Positions 11,403 through 22,167 of a DNA stretch of 64,000 nt are shown here, one piece after another. Every line of letters begins with the position of its first letter. Positions within the stretch are counted from its first letter, which is position 1. The notes under the pieces were generated by a model that did not search any database, was not told the origin of the DNA, and worked only from the letters and a program-made list of their open reading frames with translations. Location: NCBI GenBank assembly GCA_036172245.1, contig JAYWIR010000113.1, positions 62,001 to 126,000 on the forward strand, written 5' to 3'. The position numbers were made by a program, and so were the translations under genes. The DNA is from Raillietiella orientalis. Taxonomy: Eukaryota.

Positions 11403-13605
11403 ACGCAAGTCGTTTTACTGGGTAAACAAGAAGCTGCTCTTGGAGCGTATGGAACGCCTTGGGTTCGCGGCGTAACTCCTTCTGGATTTGCGTGCGCGCG
11501 GGCGCCACGCGCTAACCTGCATAACTTTGAGCGGCTGCAGCGTGTACGGTATTCCCGTGCGTAGAAGCATCCGACAAGGGGTCAGCTTTAGCCCGTTCCT
11601 CTTTAGCATCTTTTTTGAGTTGGTGCTGAGAGCGTACAGGCTCACCCTGTGTCGCTTGCCATGCTCTTCCCCGGGTACGCCTGCCGTAGCCGCCTACGAT
11701 GATGACCTGCTTCTTCTGCGCCCCATGGCCACCCCGGCGTCCAGTGTCGAGGTTTTCTTGGACCTGATTCTTCGGGGAGCGGGTGTGAGCGTGAAGAGAG
11801 AGAAGAGCGTGGTCGTTCCTGTGGGTGCGTTGTGGGAGGGGCAGTCCGACTGAATCCGCCTGGGTATCCCCACGGGCCGCTACTTTAAGTACCTTGGCGT
11901 TCTGTTGGGCGCTGTCGGCGAAGCCGAAGCGTGGGCGTACTGTCTCCAGGGAGCAGAGTTGGCCATCAGCCCGTTCATTCATGGCAAGTTTAGCTTGCAG
12001 GAACGGGCGACTATTTGGAACAACTTTGTGGCCCCCCTCCTTCGTCCCCTGTTTTTTGTTTTGGACCCCCCCTATGCGGCAAAACAGCGGGCTAAACGCC
12101 TGCTCAGGAACGCTCTCTGGGGTGCGCCGAGATCCAGGATCGGCCTAAAAGATTTGGTTGCTCCGCGTCGGGATGCTGGTTTAGGTATCCTGACAATGGA
12201 GCGAATCGGTCTGCAGGTGCAGTTCCGATAGCTGGGCACTGAGTGCCCAGCTATGGACATCCCCCCTGTGTGTGCCAGCACGCATGCTCCTGCGGAGATG
12301 CGCCTGCAGCGGAGGATTTTTATCGGTTTTGCCGGGCACCCAATTCAGGAAGCGGGGTTTCGGGTTTCCATCGCGGCAGTTGACCGCACTTCTGGAAGTT
12401 CACTCGTGGATCTCCTGCCGCCCAATGAACTCTCAATCTTGGCGGCAGGAATCTGTTGAATCCTTAGCGGCGTTCCAAGGAATACGCTTTTAAGGTCTTC
12501 ACCCCCTAGGCCAATTTTTTCCACGATCCTTGGAAGAAGTACTGCAGGAGGAGGTGAAGTTTTCTACCCTGGCTCATACGCCTCTTGCCGCAGCGCTGTA
12601 TGCCCTCAGGGCGAGAAAGGACAGTTGCCAGCCGGCAAGGTGGGAGTTTTCCTGCACGATAGCGGGAAGAACCAAACTCCTTGGCACCTGGAAGACAAGT
12701 GAGTTGGCGGACGCCGCCACTCCTCGTGTTACTGCAAAGGGACTCCTCCGGTGGGCAGAAGAACTTGCTGTCACCCCCGAAGAACTTGTAGTCCCTCCAC
12801 AGTGTATGGACAGTTCGCTGCTCCCCCTTGCTTGGAAACAAGCCGTGCTGCTTTTCGTTCACTGGGGTTTTCAGTGCAACGAGCGTTGGCATCGTGACTC
12901 CGGGGGACTTGCGTCTGCGAACTGCGTTCGGTGCGGATCGACGGAGTCGATTCCGCACCTACTTCTGGACTGCGGTGTCCTACAAGGACTGTGGCGTAGG
13001 CTGGCAACAGCACTATTGCATCCCGTGGACACCGCAAGAGACTTGCTGCGACGATTCTTCACGCCGAGCGGGCTTTCACTAAGCGCAAGGATTGCAACCA
13101 TCGGTTGCATACGCGCGATAGTTTCCGTCCGCAAGGCGCTGATAATCAACAAGCAGCACCAAGGGGTGATCGGCAAGGCAACTTTCTATATGAAAGGAGC
13201 CGCCAGATGGCCTTAATTACCGAGGATACGAAAAGGGATCTCGCTAGCATACGACGACGGTTTACAGACGCTAGCCAACAGCGAACCCGGTGAACCTTTT
13301 CCTTCGCTTCCTTCAAATGTTTTTTTTTTTTCCCTACATCCGCCCTATTAGGCTCCGGAACATTTTATGTGCTCTCTATTTGAATCCTCGTAAGTACGGT
13401 GCTTCACCTAAGACCCGTTACCCCTCCCTCCAGATTTTCATTTTTGTTTGTTATCCCTCTACTCCCTCAGTGTTGTTGGAAGCGGTTTGTTAACCATGCC
13501 TGTGTGTCGGTAACTACTCTTTGCTTCTTGTCGTTAATTTGGTTAAAGACATCGTCTTTGATTGTTTTATTTTCAATAAACGTCCCGGCGTGACCGGGTA
13601 AAAAA
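11403..13605 (+). mobile_element. LINE D, 3' part (mid-RT to 3' end), degenerate, B-like lineage
   Basis: IRQGVSFSP, YDDD, CVRCGSTESIPHLLLDC, T-rich UTR, and terminus AATAAACGTCCCGGCGTGACCGGGTAAAAAA. Confidence 0.92.
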
Positions 13606-16600
13606 TTTCAATCTCCGTCTGCTAACAGGTGAGCCAGAAACACAAGAGAACGCGATGAACGAGTTCTGCGCCGCCATGCGTGCGCGCAACTTGTTTGTGG
13701 GTGAGAGGGAAATGGTCCGCAGCATCGACCACATCTTCCTCGACGCTGACCTGTGTTCACGTGTAGGCAAACGGGGAAGATTGCGTCGACGCTATCGGAC
13801 CATTTCCGGTTAATTTTCGACATGCGCCCTCGCGACAAGGGACCGCCATCCAGGGACTGGTGTCTGCCGGGAGACTGGACGCGACTCTCAGGTGCGAAGG
13901 AACACCTTCGCGAATACCCGAAAGGCGTCACGCTCCGGAATCTTCAGGATTGGTACCTTTTTAAGGAATCGGTCGGGGAGTTCTGCGAGCAGTTCCCCCT
14001 GGACCGCCTGCTTCCCGGATTCGACAAGGGTCCTCGCAACCATCAAGCCTATTTACAGTCCCGCAGGTACGAGAGAAGTAATAATGTCTGTCGCCTGGCC
14101 GAGTGCCGCTTCGGATTCGAGCGACAAGCATGGCAATCCGGGTCAGCCAGCATTCTGATTGACCTGGGCCGGGAACGTTCGTCCGCGTCTGTGGTACGGA
14201 ATCTCGTACGGTGTTTTTATTCCTGCCTTTACGCCAAAACACCACCCGAACAAGACGATTCGAGGCGACTGCTCATGAGTGGTTCCGTGGCGATAGATGA
14301 GGAAAAGAGAGAAAGCCTCGATGAGCCTTTCACGAATGGTGGTATTCTCAACGGTATCAAAAGTCTCAAGAGGCGTAAGGCGCCAGGGCATTACGGCTTG
14401 CCCGCGGAGTTCTTTCAGAGTGTCACCGAAGAGTTGGAGCCCCTGGTGCTCGAGTTGACAAGGCGAATCCCACACGAAGGCGATGTTCACGCCTCGTTTT
14501 GGTCAGCCAGAGTGAGGCTCCTCCCGAAGGGAGGAGACCTCAAGAAACATTGCAACTGGCGTCCGATCACGATTGTGAACACGAACGCTATGTCGATTGC
14601 CGGGCTGTGGGAGTCGCGATTAGGGCAGGTGTCCAATTCCATAATTAGCCCGGAGCAGACTTACGCTGTTCCCGGGCGAAGTAAGGAGGACAACCTCTTC
14701 TTCGCAAGCACATAAATGCACGCGCAGCGGAGTAAGAAAGAAGGGAAAGGGAAAATATGCAACCCTACATTCGCAACGCCAGTGGGAAAGGGTAGAAACC
14801 CTTATACGGGACAGGGTGCTTTAGCGATCGCAGTCGACCTCCATAAGGCGTTCCACTGTGTAGACCAGGAACTCCTCTTGAATCTCCTGGGTCGCATGGG
14901 CTTCCCACCTTCCTTGATTACCTACTTGCGCTCTCCCTGGTGGAACGCGATAATGTCGATTACTTTCAGTGGTCAAAAGGTGTATCGCGCGCCGGTGCGG
15001 CAAGGCATTAGGCACGGCTACAGCCTCAGCCCCCTGCTCTTTAGCACCTACTTTGATTTGGTGCTGAGAGCGTAGAGGGTGACTTTGGCCCCCTTGCCGA
15101 GCACGTGCCCCGGCACGCCCGCCGTAGCGGCGTATGCCGACGATCTTCTGCTCCTCTTACCTATGTCGACCCCGGCAAAGGCGGTCGGAGATTTCTTCGA
15201 CCTACTCAGCCGTGGGGACGGATTACAGGTTAAAAGGGCGAAGTCGTCGGTGGTGCCAGTTCGACCGGCATGGGTAGGGCAGCAGGACTGGGTCCGTCTA
15301 GGTATCCCCACGATGAGGTGCATCAAGTACCTTGGTGTGCCGTTGAAGGACTTCTCTACTGCGGAAGCGTGGTCCAGCGTCCTCCAAAAAGTCGAGACGG
15401 CGAACGGCACGTTCCTGGAAGGAAACTTTCACTTGCCAGAACAATCCGAGGTTTGAAACGCCTTCGCTGCTCCATTCTCCGCATCTTGCTTTTTGTTTGT
15501 TCCGCACCCGTGGAATCGAAGAAGAGGACGAAGGACCTTCTCCGTATCGCCCTTTGGGGCAAGGGGAGGCCGCGAGTCCTTCTGAAGGACTTGTGCGCTC
15601 CGCGTCGGGACGGCGGTCTTGGCCTCCTTACGCTGGAGCGCATGGAGAAGCAGCTGCGGTGGCGTACCCTGGCCATCGCTGCGAAGATGTGGAGCACCGC
15701 TTGGTTCATTGCCGCCCGCCTTCTGGCCAAGCGTGTGTCCCGCTGCGAAGGACTCGCATCGTTTCTCCTGTGCTCTGGCCAGAAGATTCGAAGATGTGGT
15801 CTACTGCTCGGCCGAATGGCAACCCCGGCAAAGGAGAACGACTGGATGGTTTGTGGCCCCGCCAACTTCTCCGCTTGGCTCGAGGCTGCTGGCACCTGGG
15901 CCAAGCAGAACCAGAGGTGCGAAGACCGGATGAACTGCCTGCGAGTCGGCTTTTACGCCCGCCGAACTCTCCGTGAAATTCTTGAATTTCCTACGAGTTG
16001 CACGTGGGCGGAAGGCACAGCCCTTGTTACGGCGATGTCCTTCGTCCATAGGGCGCTTTACGAAAGCCGGAAGCCAAGGTGGCAAGTCTGCTGCCGTTTC
16101 GCATGCAGAGAGACGATGATGAGCGGCCGTACCATGGGAGAGTTGACAGGTGCAACGACCCCTAGTCTCCATCCGCGTGGATTAAAAAGATGGGGCGAAC
16201 TGCTCGGCATTCGATTGGATGATCTGAAGTGGCCTCCGTTTCTACTTGGATTCAGGATTCTTCCCCTGAAGTGGCAAGAATCGGCGCTTCTATGGCTGCA
16301 TTGGTGTCTACCCTCCAACACGCGCCGCTTTTACTGGACGCGGGGAATTGAAAATCCTGCGTGTGCCAGGTGTGGGTAGCGGGAGTCGCTCCCCCACCTC
16401 TAAGTTGTATTCCCTGCCATCCGGATTCTTTGGGATCGTCGAAAAACAACCCTTGGGATACCGGATGGTGGCAACGTATGATGTGTCCTCAGTCTTGTCT
16501 TCGTGCGGGACGCCCTCAGTCCAGTCGCAGTCCTGGCAGCACTTTGCTGCATTCGTGGTATCGTGGCGGCCTGGAGTGATGCCGAAGATGAAGATTGCAT

Positions 16601-16955
16601 CGTGAGGGACGTCATCGAGTATGCTTCTTGCTTCCTGCAGAGGGCTACCCGATGGCCCCATCTAGGAAATTTGAAAATGTAACTAGAAGGCATCCTGCAA
16701 AGGATGGGCCCTCCCAGGAGATTAGTGTTATCCCTTCTTGGCCCTTCAAACTCCTTTTATTGTTTGTTTTTCTCTTTTTATTTTATTTCTGCTTTCTCCC
16801 ATATCTCCCTCCACTGCCGAGGAGAGCCACACCGGTCTGCGTCCCGGTGTCCCGGCAGTTCCGGTATTGCGTGGTGGTCAGTGGGGCATTGTACCACGTT
16901 CTGTATTGACTGTAGAAATGTTTTTAATAAACGTGGCGGCATATCCGGGTGGCAT
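13606..16955 (+). mobile_element. LINE E, 3' part (mid-EN to 3' end), degenerate, I-like lineage
   Basis: Begins FNLRLLTGEPETQENA, with SDH, YADD and CARCG. AATAAA at 16926. Confidence 0.92.
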
Positions 16956-19794
16956 CGCCGGGTTTGAACGTCAAGCCTAGCAATCCAAGTCGGCCAGCTT
17001 GCTGGACGACCAGGGTCGGGAATGTTCTTCCCCGGCGTCGGTACGTCATCTCGTGCGCAGTTCTTATTCCTATCTTTACGCCATGGAGCCCCCGGATCGA
17101 GACGCCTCTAGGCGCTTGCTTCCGGATGGCGCCCGGAAATAGGAAAGGAGGAGTCGTTAAGCCTCGATGAGCCTTTTACCACCGGCGAAATTCTCGCCGG
17201 TATCAAAAGGCTTAAGAGGCGGAAAGCTCCAGGGGAAGACTACTTGTCCGCGGAGTTCTATCAGAGCTTCGCGGAAGAGCTGGCACCCCTGCTGCTTAGG
17301 CTGACAAGGCTGATCCGAGACGAAGGCGATGTTCCCGCCTCGTTTTGGTCAGCCAGAGTAAGGCTCCTTCCGAAAGGGGAAGACTTCAGAGATTTAAAGA
17401 ACTGCCGTCCAATCACGATCCTGAATACGAACGCCAAGTTGGTTGCCGGGCAAAGGGCTTAGCGTCTGGGGCAGGTGGCAGAATCCATAATTAGCCCGGA
17501 GCAGAAATATGCTGTTTCCGGGCGAACTATGGATGCCAACCACTTCTTCGCAAGCACATGTTCGCACCTGCAGAGAAGACATAAGAAAGGGATAGGGAAA
17601 GTCGGCAACCCCACATTGGGGCCGCCATTTGGGCTAAGAAGAGACCCCGTTCGGGGAAGGGGGCAGTAGCTCTCGCAGTCGATCTTCACAAGGCATTTGA
17701 CTGTGAAGACCAGGAACTCCTCTTGGAGCTGCTGGGTCGCATCAGCTTCCCACCCTCCCTGATTTCCTACCTGCGCTCTTGCTGGCGGAATGCGATGATT
17801 ACCGTCTGTTTCAGTGGACAGAAGGTGTATGGCGTGCCATGGCGGCGGGGCATAAGACAGGGCGATAGCCTCAGCCCCCTGCTCTTTAGCACCTACTTTG
17901 ATTTGGTGCTGAGAGCGTAGAGGGTGACTTTGGCCCCCTTGCCGAGCTCGTGCCCCGGCACGCCCGCCGTAGCAGCGTACGCCGACGATCTTCTGCTCTT
18001 GTTGCCAATGTCCACCCCGGCAAAGGCGGTCGGAGACTTCTTCGATCTGCTCAGCCGCGGGACCGGACTGCAGGTTAACAGGGCGAGGTCGTCGGTTGTG
18101 CCAATAGGTGCGGCGTGGGCAGGGCAGCAGGACTGGGTCCGTCTGGGGATCCGCACTGCGAGGTGCTTCAAGTACCTTGGTGTGCCGTTGAAGGAATACT
18201 CCCCTGAAAAGCGTGGTCGAGCTGCCTCCAAAAAGTCGAGACGGCGATCGGCCCGTTCCTCGAAGGCAAGTTTCACTAATCAGAACGGGCCGCGGTTTGG
18301 AACGCCTTCGCGGCCCCCATCCTCCGTTCCTCGCTTTCTGTTTGTCCCCCACGGTGGAAACCAAATAGAAGACAAAGGACCTCCTCCGTTTCGCTCTCTG
18401 GGGCAAGGGGAGGCCCCGAGTCCCTCTGAAGGACTTGTGCGCTCCTCGTCGCGACGGCAGACTTATCCTCCTGACGCTGGAGCGCGTGGAGGAACTTCTG
18501 TGATGGCGTACCCTCGCCATCGCAGCGAAGATGTGGAGCACCATGTGGTGCGTTCCGGCTCGCCTCCTCGCCAGTCGTGTGTCCCGGTGCGAGGGACTCG
18601 CTTCTTTTCTTCTGTGCCCGGGCCGGAAGATCAGAAGTGCTGGCCTACAGCTCGGGCGCATGGCATCGTTGGCCATGGAGAACAGCAGGATGGTTTGCTG
18701 CCTTGCCAACTCCTCCGCCTGGCTGGAGGAAAATATTGGAACGTGGGCAGTGGTGAACCAGAGAAGCCACGTAACGTGGAATCGTCTCCAATGCGGCCAT
18801 TACGCCCGCTGCACTCTGAGGAATCTCTTGCAGAGTCCAGCTAGAAGCACGTGGGCAGAGACAACCTGCCTGGCTACGGCGCTGCCCTTGCTGAGGAGGG
18901 CGCTTCACAGCAGTCGGACGCCAAGGTGGCAAGTCTCCTGCTGCATCGAGGGACGGGAGAAGTTGATAAGCGGCTGGACAACAGAAGAACTGGCAGACGC
19001 CACGACCGCGAGCTTCCAGCCGGGAGGGTTTTTAAGATGGGGCGAGCTGCTCGTCATACCCAGGAATGAACTGAAGTGGCCCCCGGTGATGAAGTAATCC
19101 AGGATCCTTCCCCTCAAGTGGCAAGTGTCGGCGTTGCTCCTGTTGCACTGGGGTCTACCCTGCAACTCGCGCCGCTTCCACTGGACGAGGGGAGCTGTGG
19201 ATCCTGCGTGTGGCAGGTGCAAGGAGCTGGAGTCGCTCCCCCACCTGATTGTGTATCGTGCTGCCCTCCGACCCCTCTGGGAACGGTTCGGGATGACCCT
19301 CGGGATCCCTATGGGCAGTGCATTCAGAGACGTTCTCCGGCTCCTCTTCTTGAAGGACGTCCTGCTGCCAGCGGCAGCCCTCGCAGCCCTGTGCTGCGTC
19401 CGAGGCATCGTTGCGGCCTGGAGCAACGCCAGAAACGAAGATGTGGACGAAAACGGGAGGGACGTCATCCAGTATGCAGTGCACTTCTTGCGGATAGCTG
19501 CTCGATGTCCTCATCTGGTATATATACGGAGGGACCTCGAGGGCTTCCTTCGAAGGATGGGCCCTCCTCACAGTGACCAGTAATCCCTACCCTGCCCTCC
19601 AAACTCTTTTTTTTCTTTTTTATTTCTTTATTTTTCTTTTGGTTTTCTCCCCTCATCCCCTTTCGCTGTCGGGGAATGCCACGCCGGGCTGCGTCCCGGT
19701 GTCCCGACAGGTCATGTGCTTACGGTCGTGGTGGGGCCTTCTACCACGCATGTAGTGTTTATTAATAAACCCCCCAAGCGTACCTGGATGATAA
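16956..19794 (+). mobile_element. LINE F, 3' part (linker to 3' end), degenerate, close relative of I
   Basis: Colinear with the reverse complement of 27363-30190, with YADD and CGRCKELESLPH. AATAAA at 19764. Confidence 0.92.
19666..19748 (+). other. Structured 3' UTR RNA element: bulged stem with CUGCGU loop plus a second hairpin (representative copy)
   Basis: Pairings CTGTCGGG/CCCGACAG, ACGCCGGG/CCCGGTGT and CGTGGTGG/CTACCACG, with compensatory changes in other copies. Confidence 0.7.
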
Positions 19795-20399
19795 CCCCAA
19801 ATCCCCGGGGCGAGCGGTGCAAGCGGAACTCCTCGGAAAACTCGCGGACCGAGGCCTTAAATAGGTTGCAATCCTTCAGATTGCGGAGGGTGACGCCTCT
19901 CATTAATACGCAAGGGGGTTCCTTTGCACCTGAGCCGCGTCCAGCGCGCAGGCAGACGGCACGCGCTAAATAGGGGGTCCTTGTCGCGCGGTTACACCTA
20001 GAATATCAACCATAAATGGTCAGACAGTGCCGACGCAACTTTGCCCCGTTTGCCGACCCGTGATCACAGGTCGACGTCCAGGAAGACGTGTTAGATGCTG
20101 CTGACCATTTGCGGGAGATCCCCTAACAAGTTGCGCGTGCGCATGGCGACGCACAACTCGTTAGCCGCCCGTTCCTGTGCGAGTGGCTCACCTGATAGCT
20201 TGCGGAAACTGTGGTCTTCCGCTATCAGGTGAGCCATGAGCACGTTCGCTTCCACCAATCAGTCGCGCTTCAGGGTTTCTAGGAACGCCTTACGTTCCGG
20301 GTACCTGCTAGTACCGCTTGGAGCTTACACATTTGTTACGAAGAAATCGATCGTATCGGACCACCTGAGAATCAGCTGGCCGGGACTTGCGACGGCGCT
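19795..20399 (-). mobile_element. LINE G, old EN/linker fragment
   Basis: The minus strand reads GQLILRWSDTIDFFVTNV...HVFLDVDL...SDH...SVREFSEEFRLHRSPRGFG with many stops. Confidence 0.85.
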
Positions 20400-20491
20400 C
20401 TGAGAGGGTGGACGTGCTTTTGTGGTGCTCCGCGTTTTTCTCGCGAGTGTTTTCGGAGTTTTCAGGGTTGAGCGGTTGTTCCTGGGCAGGG
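20400..20491 (+). promoter_or_regulatory. 5' UTR / putative internal promoter with GGACGTG at +11 (representative copy)
   Basis: The motif recurs at 10 element 5' ends. Promoter function is inferred. Confidence 0.55.
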
Positions 20492-22159
20492 ATGCCCGAG
20501 GACGCCGCAAAGACGGCGGAGGGGGGCGAGCGAGCCTCGTCCCCCCAGCCCATGGATGTGGGGGCCATCTCCCCCACGGAATCGTCCCCCGCCCCGGCGA
20601 GGGCTTGGAGCGCGGTGGTGGCGGCGCCTGCGCCGCCCCCCGCACAGGAACAGCGGGCCTACATGGCCGACGGGTATAACCCGGCCTTGTTATACAAGGT
20701 AGGTGGCCTGTACTCCCCCGCGGTTTTGCGGTCGTTCGCGGCCGAGTTTAAAAAATTAAAAGTCCCGGAGGACGAAGTCCTCGGACTTTCGGTATGGAGT
20801 GGCGGGCAGCTGGTTGAGCTGAACTGCAAGTCTGCAGGGATGGCTCAGCAGCTGCTCCGCCTGCCGGTCACTGTGAACGGGAGAAGGATCTTCCCGTTCA
20901 CGGCCGACAATTCGATCGTGGTGCATTTGACCGGCATAACGATGCGCATGGCAAAGAGCGCCGTGCGAGAATCGTTAGAGAAGTTCGGGACCGTTCACGC
21001 GTTGTGGGCAAAACCTAATGTCCTTGGTTATACCAGGGCATTTAGTGGTTATGCCGCTGCGCGCGTGACGGTACGTGCCGAGGGTGGGCTACCCCACAGA
21101 CTGCAGGTCGGGGAGGAGGAGATCGACCTGTGGTATGTGGGGAAACCCGTATACTGCGGCTTTTGCCAGGTGTCGGGGCACCTGAAGAAGAAATGCCCCA
21201 ACATCGTGTGCTTGGGCTGTGGGGAGAAGGGGCACATCAGGCGGATGTGCCCGAACCGAAAAAAATCCGTTCCGTCAGGCGCGAGAAAGGATGAGACGCC
21301 GAAGGAAAAGGACCGAAGCCAACAACTGGCAGAACCCCGCCCTGCCGACCAACCCGCTACTCAGGCATCCACCAGCGAACAACCAGCTGGAGAAAGCGCC
21401 GAGAACGAGGAAGGTTGGCAAAAGGTAGAAAGGAAGAAGCCCCAGAAGAAGGAGGCAAAAAAGATAAACAAGTTGGCGCCGAAAAAGCAGAAACCGGTCG
21501 TCCGCGCTTGTACGGTGAAGATCGAACGCGTCTCGATCGCCAGAGCCGTGAAGAAAGTAACGGTAAAGGCGATCGATACCGTCGATCCTGAGCCGGTCGT
21601 GCCCGCAGTGACGTCACCATCAGCTGACGACAATGCCGTTCCGGCATTGCCAGCGAAGGAAGTCTGCGCGCCGATCGATGAAGCCGCCCCTGTCGCGCCT
21701 GCGCAAAGCGTCGGTGCGGAAAGCGAGGAGGCGGCGCGCATAACGGACGCGACCTTCGCGCAGGCCGCGGAAGAGCTGGCAGCCATGTTACGGCGGCCTG
21801 CCAAGGCCGAGAAGAAGGCCTTGAGACGACCGGCAACGGTGAAGGGCCCGGAAAATTCCGAGTCCGAAACCGAAGCCGGTTGTTCTACTTCCGCAGCCGT
21901 GCCGAAGAGGAAGGCTGGCAAGAAGACCGGTTGCCCGAGACGGGTCGCCCCTCCGCAGGTGGAGGAGGCCATGTCCTCGGGCACGAAGGAGGAGGCAATG
22001 TGCGTCGCGCCACGCGACCCCTCTCCGATCCGTGTCTCGAAAGCCAGCCCCATGGAAGTCGCTGTGGACGACGTGCTCCCGTGTGAGCAGCCGACCGTCG
22101 TCACGGCCGCCAACAAGCCGCCTCCCGCAAGGGAGGAGGCCGCCTCCACCCCACAATAA
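20492..22159 (+). CDS. A2 ORF1, 555 aa nucleic-acid-binding protein (RRM-like region, 2 CX2CX4HX4C, long K/E/P/A-rich tail)
   Basis: ATG CCC GAG GAC matches the MP(E/D) start of C, I, N and Q. The upstream TTG start in the ORF track lies outside the element. Confidence 0.92.
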   Translation: MPEDAAKTAEGGERASSPQPMDVGAISPTESSPAPARAWSAVVAAPAPPPAQEQRAYMADGYNPALLYKVGGLYSPAVLRSFAAEFKKLKVPEDEVLGLSVWSGGQLVELNCKSAGMAQQLLRLPVTVNGRRIFPFTADNSIVVHLTGITMRMAKSAVRESLEKFGTVHALWAKPNVLGYTRAFSGYAAARVTVRAEGGLPHRLQVGEEEIDLWYVGKPVYCGFCQVSGHLKKKCPNIVCLGCGEKGHIRRMCPNRKKSVPSGARKDETPKEKDRSQQLAEPRPADQPATQASTSEQPAGESAENEEGWQKVERKKPQKKEAKKINKLAPKKQKPVVRACTVKIERVSIARAVKKVTVKAIDTVDPEPVVPAVTSPSADDNAVPALPAKEVCAPIDEAAPVAPAQSVGAESEEAARITDATFAQAAEELAAMLRRPAKAEKKALRRPATVKGPENSESETEAGCSTSAAVPKRKAGKKTGCPRRVAPPQVEEAMSSGTKEEAMCVAPRDPSPIRVSKASPMEVAVDDVLPCEQPTVVTAANKPPPAREEAASTPQ

Positions 22160-22167
22160 ACGCATCA

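Noticed and set aside
19689..19785. Kissing interaction between the CUGCGU loop and the terminal-hairpin loop
   Set aside because: It is possible in F and I (UGCGU/GCGUA) but does not covary in K or A2, so the support is too weak.
11403..19794. Stop-codon readthrough or an alternative genetic code to explain in-frame stops
   Set aside because: Stops occur at different positions in different copies along with frameshifts, and A2 is open in the standard code, so this is ordinary decay.
20400..20491. HDV-like or hammerhead ribozyme at the 5' ends
   Set aside because: The 5' UTRs are short, T/G-rich and poorly conserved. I could not find the nested pseudoknot or the CUGANGA/GAAA cores by eye.
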